From contig CAYVLA010000005.1 of assembly GCA_964452145.1 (NCBI GenBank), positions 21,459-85,458 of the forward strand: a DNA stretch of 64,000 bases, in the 5' to 3' direction. Of this stretch, positions 38,444 through 48,665 are shown piece by piece; the first letter of the stretch is position 1; each line of letters starts with the position of its first letter. The notes below the pieces were generated by a model that was not told where the DNA came from, searched no databases, and worked only from the letters and a program-made list of their open reading frames with translations. This DNA is from Candidatus Hadarchaeota archaeon. Its GTDB lineage: Archaea > CAYQAE01 > CAYVLA01. The position numbers and the translations under genes were made by a program.

Positions 38444-39540
38444 GGACGGCGGGGCTCTTGGATCTATCGGGCTTCAAGGATAGGGAACTCGTCGGGCGCG
38501 CTGCGGCCATCCTGCGGAAGACCTGCGGAGACCGGGAGCTGCGCTTGATGCATGTCTGCGGGACCCATGAGAACGCGATTACGCGCTTCGGGATCCGCTC
38601 GATGTTGCCTGGAAACCTGAAGGTAGTCGCGGGGCCGGGATGTCCGGTCTGTGTGACCGGCGTTTCCGAGATAGACCAGGCGATCAGGATTGCCATGGAC
38701 CATGCCAGGGTCTACACCTACGGAGACATGTTCGCAGTTCCAGGCAGCGCGGGATCTCTGCGGGACGCGCGGGCCGAGGGGGCGCGGGTGAAGGTTGTTT
38801 ACAGCATAACCGACGCCCTGGCCGCGGCGCGGGCAAACAGGGAGCCATCGACCTTCTTCTCGATAGGCTTCGAGACAACGACCCCCCTAGCTGCCTCGGC
38901 CATCGTTTCAGGTGTGCCGGACAACTTCTCATTCATCGTGTCCCACCGGCTCATCCCCCCCGCTTTGATGGCCCTGCTTGAGTCGGGAAGGATCGGCATC
39001 GACGGGCTCATCTGTCCCGGCCATGTGTCGACGATCATCGGCACCAGGCCTTACGAGGTCTTCGCAAAGGAATATGGCTTGCCGGTTGCGGTATCCGGAT
39101 TTGAACCCCTGGATATCATGCTCAGCCTGATCGATATTGTCAGGCAGAATAGGACGGGCAGTTGCAGGGTCTTCAATGAGTACTCCAGGGCTGTGAGGCC
39201 GGAGGGCAACCCGAAAGCCCTGGACATGATTGATCGGGTCTTCCGGGTCTGCGACACGGAATGGCGAGGGATCGGCAACTTGGCATCATCCGGCTTAGAG
39301 CTTAGGGAGGAGTTCGCGGACTTGGATGCCGGACCCAGGTTCGGGATAAGGAGGGTGCCTGAAGGTGGCATGCCTGCCGGCTGCAGATGTGCCGATGTTC
39401 TGCTCGGATCCCTTGCCCCGAGCAGCTGCCCGTTGTTCGGATCGAGTTGCACCCCTCAGCACCCCATTGGGCCTTGCATGGTATCCAGCGAGGGCACATG
39501 CAGGATCTGGCTGCTGTACGGGGGCGGGGAGGAGGTGTGA
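38440..39540 (+). CDS. hypD: Hydrogenase maturation protein HypD
   Basis: CGTH, GPGCPVC, GFETT, PGHVS, CMVSSEGTC. Confidence 0.97.
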   Translation: MRTAGLLDLSGFKDRELVGRAAAILRKTCGDRELRLMHVCGTHENAITRFGIRSMLPGNLKVVAGPGCPVCVTGVSEIDQAIRIAMDHARVYTYGDMFAVPGSAGSLRDARAEGARVKVVYSITDALAAARANREPSTFFSIGFETTTPLAASAIVSGVPDNFSFIVSHRLIPPALMALLESGRIGIDGLICPGHVSTIIGTRPYEVFAKEYGLPVAVSGFEPLDIMLSLIDIVRQNRTGSCRVFNEYSRAVRPEGNPKALDMIDRVFRVCDTEWRGIGNLASSGLELREEFADLDAGPRFGIRRVPEGGMPAGCRCADVLLGSLAPSSCPLFGSSCTPQHPIGPCMVSSEGTCRIWLLYGGGEEV

Positions 39541-39543
39541 GGA

Positions 39544-40575
39544 TTGGGAGCCAGGGAAAGGGAATCGGTGACCATTGAGGATGGTTCCGGAGGACGCGCA
39601 ATGATGAGCCTAATACGGGAGGTCATCCTCAAGAACATCACCAAGTGGGGAAAGGGCGGGGTCACCCTCAGGGACCTGGACGACTCCGGCTCCGTGGTCT
39701 GGGGTGATCTGGAGATCGTACTCACCACGGACGCCCACACTGTGAAGCCCCTCTTCTTCCCGGGGGGCAACATCGGCACGCTGGCCGCAGCGGGGACGCT
39801 CAACGACATATCGGTCATGGGAGTGAAGCCCCTCGCCATGAGCTGCTCGATGGTGTTGGAGGAGGGGTTCCCCCGCTCCGATCTAGAAGACATTGTGTCG
39901 TCCATGAACCATGTCCTGGAGGAAGTTGACGTGGACTTGATCACGGGCGACACCAAGGTCGTGGAGAGGGGGGACTTGGATCGCATGGTGATCACGACCT
40001 CAGCGATCGGCGTGTCTCCAAGGGGAAGCGTAATCCGGGATAGCGGGCTTCGACCCGGCGACAAGATCATCGTGTCGGGATCGGTGGGGGACCACGGGAT
40101 AGTCGTGCTATCGGCCAGGGAGGAGTTCGACTTCGGGCTGAGGACCCGGTCAGATGTTGGTCCCATATGGGAAGTGGTTGACGCGGCGATCCAGGTCGGT
40201 GGCGTGACAGCGATGAAGGACCCGACCAGGGGGGGCTTGGCGAATGCGCTGAACGAGCTCGCTGAGAAGTCGAAGGTTGGCATGGAGATACGCGAGGGAC
40301 GAATACCCGTGAAGGAGGACATCCTTGCCGCCGCCGAGATGCTGGGAGTCGACCCCTACTCGATCACCAACGAGGGAAAGGTGGTTATCGGGGTTGCCGC
40401 GGATATGGCGGAAAGCGTCCTCTCCGCTGTAAGATCGACGGGGCGAGGTATCGAGGCTGCCATCATCGGCGAGGCAGTGAGCCATCATCCAGGGCAGGTC
40501 GTCATGGAGACCCTGGTGGGCGGAAGACGGCTCATGGAGCCTCCGATCGGGGATCCCGCACCTAGGATCTGCTAG
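39544..40575 (+). CDS. hypE: Hydrogenase maturation protein HypE
   Basis: GSGG, FFPGGNIG, GDTKV, DPTRGG, C-terminal PRIC. Confidence 0.97.
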   Translation: MGARERESVTIEDGSGGRAMMSLIREVILKNITKWGKGGVTLRDLDDSGSVVWGDLEIVLTTDAHTVKPLFFPGGNIGTLAAAGTLNDISVMGVKPLAMSCSMVLEEGFPRSDLEDIVSSMNHVLEEVDVDLITGDTKVVERGDLDRMVITTSAIGVSPRGSVIRDSGLRPGDKIIVSGSVGDHGIVVLSAREEFDFGLRTRSDVGPIWEVVDAAIQVGGVTAMKDPTRGGLANALNELAEKSKVGMEIREGRIPVKEDILAAAEMLGVDPYSITNEGKVVIGVAADMAESVLSAVRSTGRGIEAAIIGEAVSHHPGQVVMETLVGGRRLMEPPIGDPAPRIC

Positions 40576-40744
40576 GGTCAGATGGAGCGCGACGCGGCCA
40601 TTTCGAGGCCGATTCGTATTTGCTGACACCGAGAACTCAAGTACTCTTTCGTACCTGGAAGGAGCAGACCCTAGCCTTGGGCCAAGGCGCGGCCCTTGCC
40701 GAGCAGCAGAGATTTAACAGAATACACCGCATAATCGGTCTGCC

Positions 40745-42562
40745 ATGAACGGGACGACCGCTTTCCTGTTGGTCCTCTGCACCCTCCTGCCATCGATGTG
40801 TCTGGGCCATCCTCTCATTGGGCGGGAAGACGCCGTCCAACTTGTCGAGCGCCTCGCTCCCCAGACCCAGGAGTACTATGATTCCCTCTTGGCCGGAAAG
40901 CCCTATTTCCCGTCCCTGATGGCATGGGGCATGCAGTATCTGGTGAGGACATGTCTCATAATGTACCACCTCACCGAAGATGAGGCCTGGCTATGGCAGG
41001 CCGTCAAGAACACGGACTACTTCGTCGAATGCTCGGACGTCAACGGCGACGGCATCCCCTCCTGGGGCAGCTACAACGAGAGCTATGGAGAACCTCGCTT
41101 CGGCTATGTGGAGTGGACGGTGTGGGACGGGGTCATAGGCTACTCGATGTTGGAGGTTGCCAAGGTCATCCGATCAAGAGTCGAGCTGTCCTCGAATCCC
41201 AACCTGTCCAGTAGGGCAGATGCGTACGTCGATCTGGTTTCCCGAGTCGTGGAGCGACACTATCCCTCGTGGAACCAGGTCAAGCCGGATCAGGGCTACT
41301 ACTGGGACGACCCCAAATCCGACCTCGGACCCTATGTGAACGGTTTCGCTGCCCTGGGAAGGGCCGAGATAATGCTGTTCGAGCTGACCGGCAACCAGAC
41401 ATATTTGGACAGGCCTCGGCAGATGGCCAACTTCATCCTGGCCAACATGCGCTATGACAAGATCGACGATCTCTACACGTGGGAATACAAGATCGGACAG
41501 GCGCCGGCCGAGGATATCAGCCACGGCGCCATAGACCTGGAGTTCCTGCTATTGGCACATGGGCAGGGCCTGGTCGCCGAACGGGATATCCTTCGGATCT
41601 GCAATACGTACGTGAAGAGGATATGGACTGTGCCGCGTCTTCCCGATGGTTATCCCCTTGCCATGAGGGTGGACGGATCGGGAGGAAGCGATTACACGAC
41701 CATGTCTCGAGGATGGATTCTTCTTGCCAGATCTGTTCCGGCCATATACGAGATGCAGCGCGTAGCCCTTGGGGTGGAGCACGAGAGATACGGTCTATCC
41801 AAAGACGCCTACGTGCTTCTTGCCGTGGCCCAAGTACCTTATGTCGCCCGGGAACTGATCTCAACTGGGGTTGACCCGGGCATCCTGGAGGTGTTGGACC
41901 CCCAGATGCTTTCGGATATCCTGAGCCGGGCTCAGGCGAGGCTCGATCTGTGCATCTCGGCGGGCTCGAAGGCAACGCACGCATCGTCCTTGCTGGAGCA
42001 GGCCGCGACTCAGCTGGGCGCCGATCCTCCGATAGAGTATTCGATCCCCATAGCCCTCATCTGGCGGGCTTACGACGATCTGGGCAGGATTCTGGAGTCA
42101 GCCAGCAAGATAGGAGCGCTGGTGGAAGGCCTGACCGAGGCAGAAGACCTTGGCGCCGAGGTCGCGGATCTGTGGGGCAACTTGGCACGGCTTCGAGAGG
42201 ACTTTTCGGGCGCCGAACAGGCACACGTTCTGGATTCCATAGACGCCGAGGTCGGGGAGCTCTCATTTGAGGTGCAGATTCGGGTGGCCCGGTCCCTGAT
42301 CGAGCAGGCGGAGGACGTGGTGGCGAAGGCAAAGATGATGGGGATTGATACCTCCAGGGCCGAGATCTTCCTGGGGCGGGCGAAGGAGGAGTTCGAGAAG
42401 GGCAACTACGGCCCGGCAAGGCGTTTCACCGAGTACCCTTTGAGATTGAGGGAAGCGATTGGGGAAGGGGTTCTTGCAGCGTTCTCTCTGCTCGCGCTGC
42501 TCCTTGCGCGCGTGTTGATCCCTGTTGCCAGTATCCTCGTGGAACCGTCAGAGGATGTATGA
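40745..42562 (+). CDS. Exported alpha/alpha-toroid (glycosidase-like) protein with helical stalk and C-terminal TM
   Basis: Signal peptide; aromatic-rich helical repeats (LFELTGNQTYL, EDISHG); GxDxxxAxxxLxxA...GNY repeat; terminal hydrophobic helix. Confidence 0.6.
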   Translation: MNGTTAFLLVLCTLLPSMCLGHPLIGREDAVQLVERLAPQTQEYYDSLLAGKPYFPSLMAWGMQYLVRTCLIMYHLTEDEAWLWQAVKNTDYFVECSDVNGDGIPSWGSYNESYGEPRFGYVEWTVWDGVIGYSMLEVAKVIRSRVELSSNPNLSSRADAYVDLVSRVVERHYPSWNQVKPDQGYYWDDPKSDLGPYVNGFAALGRAEIMLFELTGNQTYLDRPRQMANFILANMRYDKIDDLYTWEYKIGQAPAEDISHGAIDLEFLLLAHGQGLVAERDILRICNTYVKRIWTVPRLPDGYPLAMRVDGSGGSDYTTMSRGWILLARSVPAIYEMQRVALGVEHERYGLSKDAYVLLAVAQVPYVARELISTGVDPGILEVLDPQMLSDILSRAQARLDLCISAGSKATHASSLLEQAATQLGADPPIEYSIPIALIWRAYDDLGRILESASKIGALVEGLTEAEDLGAEVADLWGNLARLREDFSGAEQAHVLDSIDAEVGELSFEVQIRVARSLIEQAEDVVAKAKMMGIDTSRAEIFLGRAKEEFEKGNYGPARRFTEYPLRLREAIGEGVLAAFSLLALLLARVLIPVASILVEPSEDV

Positions 42563-42663
42563 TCGAGTGCCCAAAGACGAGGGTTAGCCGATCTGGTGTC
42601 AGGAGTTGGCTTGGCCCTTTGGGTCATGATGCACTTTTCAGCCCCGGGAGAAAGCCATCCAAG

Positions 42664-43113
42664 ATGGAGCGCCGAAGCCTGAGGTTGTCCTTGACGGCGG
42701 CCATCTTGGCGCTGTGCATCTACTCGAGTTATGAATACTCCAGGCGGCACTCATCGGTACCACAGATCATAGCGGATCCCGAGCGGTACGAGAACGTAAC
42801 CTTCAGATCCGAAGGACGCGTCGCCGACGTACGGATCGAGAACGAGACGCGATTCACCATGGTCATCATGGGCGATTCGATCGATGCGATCTATCCGAAG
42901 CCGACAACTCTGAAGGACGACGACTACATCATAGTCTACGGCATTCTGCACATGAAGAGCGGATACCTCGCCGTTACCAAGTTCCACATCTACAAGGACA
43001 TCAGGAGGCTGTACGCACTTTCAATTACTGGGCTGGCTCTCGCACTGCTGCTCTTCTTTAGGGACTGGAAGCTGTCCTTTCGGGGTCTCTCGCGGAGGCA
43101 CACCGATGCCTGA
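42664..43113 (+). CDS. Membrane protein with a single OB-fold-like domain between two TM helices
   Basis: IIADPERYENVTFRSEGRV and DYIIVYGIL flanked by TMs. Confidence 0.6.
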   Translation: MERRSLRLSLTAAILALCIYSSYEYSRRHSSVPQIIADPERYENVTFRSEGRVADVRIENETRFTMVIMGDSIDAIYPKPTTLKDDDYIIVYGILHMKSGYLAVTKFHIYKDIRRLYALSITGLALALLLFFRDWKLSFRGLSRRHTDA

Positions 43114-43612
43114 CTGGCTGACCTACGTCCTGACCACATGGGTGCTTATCGAGGTGGTGGGATTCCTAGGAGCAAGGAAGGCAAGAAGGTACCTGGGCCC
43201 GGCGATTCTGGGAAGCGTCCTCCCTGATACGGTGAAGGCCTTCTACCTTCTTAAAGCCTATGCGGACGTCAATCTGATCGCCTTCTCCGTCCCTTTGCAC
43301 ACCCCCATAGGAGTAACGTTGGTGGCGGGTCTGGCCGCGACCTTCTTCGACAGGCGGGAATGGAGAGAGGTTCTCGCCTATATGCTCGCGGGAGTTGTGG
43401 TGCATCTGGCTTGGGACTTCACCCTTCACCCATATGGCGGGGGGCAGCTGATTCTGTTTCCCCTGTCTTTCCGAGAATTCTCACTCGGCTGGATATGGCC
43501 GGATAGCATCCTTCCCGTCTCCGTTGCAGGCCTACTTGCCCTCAGCTTGGTGTCGCTGAAGGCCTGGGGTGCATTCAGGGCAGGGAACCGCAGACACGGA
43601 GAGGGACTGTGA
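43106..43612 (+). CDS. Membrane-bound metal-dependent hydrolase (YdjM-like)
   Basis: GSVLPD, LHTP, HLAWD, LFPLS. Confidence 0.75.
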   Translation: MPDWLTYVLTTWVLIEVVGFLGARKARRYLGPAILGSVLPDTVKAFYLLKAYADVNLIAFSVPLHTPIGVTLVAGLAATFFDRREWREVLAYMLAGVVVHLAWDFTLHPYGGGQLILFPLSFREFSLGWIWPDSILPVSVAGLLALSLVSLKAWGAFRAGNRRHGEGL

Positions 43613-43773
43613 ATGAGGGAACCTTGGCTATCTGGGCCATCCGAAGGCCTTTGCCTGATGTTGGTCGAATCGCAACGGGAATGTCGCGGGCAAGGGAAGA
43701 TATCAATATCAGTCCGAGGTACAGCGCGTTCATGGAGACATCGGCGATCTCATCGTCGTCAGACATCAACATC

Positions 43774-44520
43774 ATGTTGGAGCCATGGAGCCCCACTGGC
43801 CAGCCAGCGCGTCCCAAACGAATCTGCTCTGGAGTACCCGGACTGGACCGCCTGGTGCAAGGGGGCTTCCTTGAGAAGCGGATCTACACGGTCTGCGGCC
43901 CGCCCGGCTCAGGGAAGACGACTTTCTGCATGCAGTTCCTCATCCAGGGGGCCAGTGAAGGTTTCCCCGGCCTGTACGTCACATTCTACGAGAACCCCGA
44001 GAGCATCTACCTTGACATGTCCAACTACGCGTTCCGCTTGCCCGAGCTACTGGACAAGGGGTTGATCAAGTTTCTGGACATGTCGCAGGCAAGCCGTTTT
44101 GGCTGGGTCACCCAGGACGATGAGATGCCGTCCCCCGGCAATGTCATAACTGTGCTCCAACGCTTAGTCAAGGAACACGCCATCTCACGCCTGGTGATCG
44201 ATTCGCTTAAGGCCATAAAGTTCGGCTACTCCAGGCCCGATGAGGCGCGAAGGGACATGACCGATTTCATGCACAGCCTTCGTGACCTGGGCTGCACCAC
44301 CCTGGCGATCTCCGAGCTTGAGGATCCTGACCGCTACGAACTGGAGCAGCACCTGAGCCATGGCCTCATATTCCTTCACAACTTCCTTGACAAGGGAAGG
44401 ATGTCGAGATCCATACAGGTCATGAAGATGAGGGGCACGAAGCACGACTGTGAGATGAGAAGGATTACCTTCGGTCCCAAGGGAATACAGATCGATGCAT
44501 CAGAGGAGGCAATGGGCTGA
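43774..44520 (+). CDS. KaiC/RAD55-family ATPase (start approximate)
   Basis: SGVPGLD, Walker A GPPGSGKT, RLVIDS, KMRGT.H. Confidence 0.92.
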   Translation: MLEPWSPTGQPARPKRICSGVPGLDRLVQGGFLEKRIYTVCGPPGSGKTTFCMQFLIQGASEGFPGLYVTFYENPESIYLDMSNYAFRLPELLDKGLIKFLDMSQASRFGWVTQDDEMPSPGNVITVLQRLVKEHAISRLVIDSLKAIKFGYSRPDEARRDMTDFMHSLRDLGCTTLAISELEDPDRYELEQHLSHGLIFLHNFLDKGRMSRSIQVMKMRGTKHDCEMRRITFGPKGIQIDASEEAMG

Positions 44521-44529
44521 GGTGGAGAT

Positions 44530-44934
44530 ATGTCAGTGATCATATCCGATCTCATGAATAAGGCCTACAGACTCGGCTTCGATGCGGGCTTCTCGGTCAC
44601 CGGCGAGGTGACAGCGGACTCGCAGGAGCAGAAGGAGCAGGTTGAGCGCCTTGCTCGGAGGTACGGAGTTTCCCGCGCCGTGACAAATGCTTTCGCAGAG
44701 GGACGCGAACAGGGGCAGAGGATGCGCCTTTACCGCCTTTCCCTTCACGCGGAAGGACAGGTCGGGCAGAAGGACCTGAAGGCGTTTCGTGATTCGAGGC
44801 CAAGAATGCCGTGTGCCTTCTTGGTCAAGCCAGGCTTGCTGCTGTCCCCGCGCACAATGGCGGTGATGGAACTCGTGGAAATGCCCGGTTTGCTTGAGGC
44901 CAAGACACCCTCATTGCCGTGGCCCTGCGGGTAG
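44530..44934 (+). CDS. Hypothetical protein co-transcribed with the KaiC-like ATPase
   Basis: GAGGTG RBS; AYRLGF and AF.EG..QG helical pattern. Confidence 0.6.
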   Translation: MSVIISDLMNKAYRLGFDAGFSVTGEVTADSQEQKEQVERLARRYGVSRAVTNAFAEGREQGQRMRLYRLSLHAEGQVGQKDLKAFRDSRPRMPCAFLVKPGLLLSPRTMAVMELVEMPGLLEAKTPSLPWPCG

Positions 44935-45062
44935 GCATCCCGGAAAGAGAACGTGGGACCAAGCAGTGAGGCCTTCAAGCATGGGTCTGGCCGAACTGCA
45001 ACATTTTACAGTGCCGGTCTTCCCGAGTCCTGTGGAAGCACCGGGACAGGGCGGAATGTGTC

Positions 45063-45326
45063 TTGAAAGTGGTTCTCTATGGGATACTGAGATCTATTGC
45101 GGGGACCAAGACCGTTGAGGTTCGATCACCCACGATCGCCGGGACCCTCAAGGAGCTCTCCGATCTGTTCGGTCGCAGGATGCATGAGTACCTCTACGAG
45201 CAGGATTCAATCGAATCCCTCACGGTGGTTCTCAACGGAAGGGTCCTTTCGACATCGGAGAGGAGCCGGGCCAGCCTCGGCGAGGACGATGTCCTGGAGC
45301 TACTCTCACCCATAGGCGGAGGATAG
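45063..45326 (+). CDS. MoaD/ThiS/SAMP ubiquitin-like sulfur carrier
   Basis: Beta-grasp pattern, VLNG, C-terminal PIGGG. Confidence 0.9.
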   Translation: MKVVLYGILRSIAGTKTVEVRSPTIAGTLKELSDLFGRRMHEYLYEQDSIESLTVVLNGRVLSTSERSRASLGEDDVLELLSPIGGG

Positions 45327-45332
45327 GTCGTC

Positions 45333-47138
45333 TTGACGATAAGCGGCGAGATACTCAGATACGACCTCGGCAAGGAAACCTACGAGTTCATCAACTGGAT
45401 GGAGGAGGACCGACAGAGGCACGGCTCGGTTCCACTTCGGAGACTCATCGGAGGAATTGGTTTTGCCTTCGACGAGTTTCTGGACGGCAAGCCCTGCGGC
45501 GATCCTTCAAACAAGTTCGTGATCAACACAGGCTTCCTCACAGGCCTTCCCCGGCACGGCGTGCCCAACGGCTGCACCAGGACCTACGTCTCGTTCAACT
45601 CGCCCGCCAAGGAGAAGAACGGCCACTACGGCATAGGCTACGCAGCGGCCGGGGGCCTCTGTGGACCCCATATCAAGTCATGCGGCGTGGACGGGGTCAT
45701 CCTCATCGGAAAGGCCAGTCAGCCGGTCGGGGTCATGTTGGACGCCTCCGGGGAGGGAAGGGAGGCTGCGCTTGTCGATATGGACCCCGACACCAAGACA
45801 ACCGAGACCGTTACCTTCTGCTACGAACAAGGATTCAAGGGAAGCATCGCTGTGGGTCCCGCAGGCTTTCAGGGGGTCAGATTCGCCAGCGTCCACGTGA
45901 GCTACATGCCAAACGACCATGTGAGGGCCGCTGCCCGAGGAGGGCCGGGCAAGGCTCTTGCCGGGATGAACGTCAAGGCAGTGGCATTCAAGGGCGGCAG
46001 GGACAGAACGCCTCGCCCGAAGGCGGCCCCGCCCGGTTCGGACGAATGGATGAAGAGCATAAACCGTGAGCTCGCCTCCGGCTCGGGAACCGAGAAGTAC
46101 AAGCAACACGGGACGTGGGGAGGGAACTGGGCCTATCTGGTTCCACTCAGGGCCCTGCCCGCTGACAACTTCTCAAACCTGGACCCCAAGGACGCTGGCA
46201 AGCTCGACCCCGAGTATCTCCGATCCCAAGGCTGGTCCATATCCCAGAAGGGATGCGCCTGCCCGATCATGTGCTGGAAGATCCCCAAAGACCCCGAGGG
46301 CAGAACCCTGTGGAAGATGGACTACGAGAACGTGGATCTGTTGGGCCCTAACTGCGGAATCTACGACATCTACGCCATCTCACAGGCCATCCAGCTCTGC
46401 GATGAACTCGGCCTGGACGCCATGTCCACCGGAGGGGTTATCGGTTGGTACTTCGAGCACAACAAGAGGCTGGGCCGTGAACCGACCTTCGGAGACTCGA
46501 AGGCCCTCATCGATCTGGTCCGGATGATAGCAAGAATGGAGGGCGAGGGCAGGATCCTTGGCGAAGGCGTGAGGAAGGCCAGCGAGATCCTAGGCGACAC
46601 GGACATAGCTATGCAGGTCAAGGGGCTTGAGGGAGCCGGGTACCCGTTCTGGAGCAATCTCGGCTATGCCTTTGCCCTGAGGGGAGCCTGCCACACTTCT
46701 TTGGGAACCTATACCTCAGGCCTGGCCAACCCCGCCGGAGCCGCCAAAGCCGACTGGTGGGCCCAGGAGATAGTCAAGGCCATACCTTCGAGCATGATCT
46801 GCCAGATGAACGGATCGTGCTACTTCACAAGGAAGATCCTCATCCCCGAGTTGCCCAAGCTGCTGGAAAACCTTGTGGGCGTTACGGCCACCAAAGAGGA
46901 CATCGACAGGAGCGCCATGCAGACATACATCATAGCAAGGATGATAGACTGCCGCAACGGCTTCTCGGCTGAGGACGACAGCCTTCCCGAGCGGGCCTTC
47001 AGGAACACCACGACAAAGGAGCTCCTCCAACAGACAAAGCGCCTGTTCTATGAGAAGATCGGGTTCGACGAGGAAGGCAGAGTCACAGCGGATACCCTTC
47101 GGGCTCATGGCCTTGAGCAGTTCTCGTCCTTGCTGTGA
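45333..47138 (+). CDS. Aldehyde:ferredoxin oxidoreductase family (tungstopterin) protein, divergent
   Basis: GGIG, SP, GPAG, AARGG.G...NVKAV, C.CPIMC, YE, CDELGLD, VKGLE, RGACH. Confidence 0.88.
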   Translation: MTISGEILRYDLGKETYEFINWMEEDRQRHGSVPLRRLIGGIGFAFDEFLDGKPCGDPSNKFVINTGFLTGLPRHGVPNGCTRTYVSFNSPAKEKNGHYGIGYAAAGGLCGPHIKSCGVDGVILIGKASQPVGVMLDASGEGREAALVDMDPDTKTTETVTFCYEQGFKGSIAVGPAGFQGVRFASVHVSYMPNDHVRAAARGGPGKALAGMNVKAVAFKGGRDRTPRPKAAPPGSDEWMKSINRELASGSGTEKYKQHGTWGGNWAYLVPLRALPADNFSNLDPKDAGKLDPEYLRSQGWSISQKGCACPIMCWKIPKDPEGRTLWKMDYENVDLLGPNCGIYDIYAISQAIQLCDELGLDAMSTGGVIGWYFEHNKRLGREPTFGDSKALIDLVRMIARMEGEGRILGEGVRKASEILGDTDIAMQVKGLEGAGYPFWSNLGYAFALRGACHTSLGTYTSGLANPAGAAKADWWAQEIVKAIPSSMICQMNGSCYFTRKILIPELPKLLENLVGVTATKEDIDRSAMQTYIIARMIDCRNGFSAEDDSLPERAFRNTTTKELLQQTKRLFYEKIGFDEEGRVTADTLRAHGLEQFSSLL

Positions 47139-47239
47139 TTTACGAGTCGCGTCAAAGGCTCGATAGCCATTATGTGATATATCAGTCCTTTCAGCGATTT
47201 CGCGGTCTAATTGTAGAATCCTTGTGACGAAGGAGAGAC

Positions 47240-48628
47240 GTGGACAACAAGAGCCTCGTGCGCATCAGCCTGATCTGTGCCATCGCGGGGCTGGCCCTGA
47301 TCTACGCTCTTTCATGCGTTGTTGAGCCCCAATCCATCAGCGTCAACCTCCTTGATAGATACGAGGGCAGGGTGGTCTCCGTGATCGGATCCGTCGTCGA
47401 TCTTCGAAGGCACGAGGCGGGCCACATCTTCATCAAGCTCCAGGATGAGTCAGGGACTTGTGAGGTACCCCTCTTTCAGTCCCTGGCCCAGAAGGTTCCC
47501 GTCCTCTACCTCGGCGACAGGCTAAGGGTGGTCGGGGTTGTTGAGGAATACCGGGATTCTCTTCAGGTCGTGCCGCGGACCGAGAGAGACCTGACATTGC
47601 TGGATTCAGCCCCGATTCCGATCGCCGTCGCCGGGTCCATGGTGGGGAAGACCGTCAGAATTCAGGGCATAGCCTATGGGATCAGAGAAAGCGATAGTGG
47701 CCAGACCTTCCAGCTCACGGACGGGAAGAGCTGCCTACGCGTGGTTCTCGTCGGGTCGACCATGGTTGAGAGCGGGCTGAACGTGACTCTCTGTGGCACC
47801 ATCAAGCTCGATGGCACAGAGGCGTATCTGGCGGGAAGGCAGCTGGTCGACCTTACTGACGGAGGGGTGGAGACCATTCCCATCGCGGACTTGGGGTCAA
47901 GGCAGGGAATCTTCAAGGTTGGAGGGCGTCTTCAGCCCGGCGCTGCAGGCTTGGAGATCGATGACGGAAGCGGCAGGATTTTGCCCGACGGCTCCCTCAT
48001 CATCGGGATGATCGAGGGGGACATCGTCGAGGCCATGGTTGCTGTAGGTGAAACGTACATGAACGTGCTTGAGGTGGAATTGACCAAGACCGACATAATG
48101 CCTCTGCAGAGGCTGAGTACTGAGATGGTTGGCAGGACGGTGAGGATCCGAGGAGTTGTCGTAAACAAGTTCATTTCGGGCAAGAACGCTTTTCTCACCC
48201 TCTACAACGGGACCCAAGTTGAGGTCCCCATCTTCGGGGTGGGAAAGGATATCAACATCGAGCTCGGAGATGTGCTGACGCTGCTGGGCCGGGTTGGGGT
48301 CTACAGGGAGAAGCTACAGGTTGTGCCCAAGGACATGTCGGGTATCTTCATTGAAGCCGGCAAACCGGTGGATCGACCCTTGGACGAGCTTTCCCAAGAG
48401 GACCTATACACCCTGATAAGGACCAGGGGCAGGGTATCCTCGATCAAAAGGTACTCCACGTCCTGTTCCATGTGGATTCGCGGTGAAACAGCAAAGATGC
48501 GGGTCTATCTCACGTTTGACCCAGGAAGCAACGCATCTGTGGGCGCCGAGATAGAGATCGTAGGCCTAGTCAGGACCTACAACGACGAGCTAGAGATCGT
48601 GCCCAGGGGCCCCGAAGACCTAGGTTAG
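47240..48628 (+). CDS. N-terminally anchored protein with about five tandem OB folds
   Basis: TM at ~aa 6-26; repeated V.V.G.V / L.D.SG / GD.L...G.V..Y...LQVVP units. Confidence 0.75.
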   Translation: MDNKSLVRISLICAIAGLALIYALSCVVEPQSISVNLLDRYEGRVVSVIGSVVDLRRHEAGHIFIKLQDESGTCEVPLFQSLAQKVPVLYLGDRLRVVGVVEEYRDSLQVVPRTERDLTLLDSAPIPIAVAGSMVGKTVRIQGIAYGIRESDSGQTFQLTDGKSCLRVVLVGSTMVESGLNVTLCGTIKLDGTEAYLAGRQLVDLTDGGVETIPIADLGSRQGIFKVGGRLQPGAAGLEIDDGSGRILPDGSLIIGMIEGDIVEAMVAVGETYMNVLEVELTKTDIMPLQRLSTEMVGRTVRIRGVVVNKFISGKNAFLTLYNGTQVEVPIFGVGKDINIELGDVLTLLGRVGVYREKLQVVPKDMSGIFIEAGKPVDRPLDELSQEDLYTLIRTRGRVSSIKRYSTSCSMWIRGETAKMRVYLTFDPGSNASVGAEIEIVGLVRTYNDELEIVPRGPEDLG

Positions 48629-48665
48629 GGCCGACATGACCGCCGGGGAGGTGCTGGTACTGAAA

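Noticed and set aside
39538..39546. In-frame TGA between hypD and hypE (also sulfatase/URO-D and KaiC/44530), suggesting Sec or readthrough fusion
   Set aside because: Each upstream protein is complete, the TGA overlaps a GAGG Shine-Dalgarno of the next gene, and no SECIS is evident
44935..45062. Moco/Tuco riboswitch upstream of moaD-AOR
   Set aside because: No recognisable conserved motif elements were seen
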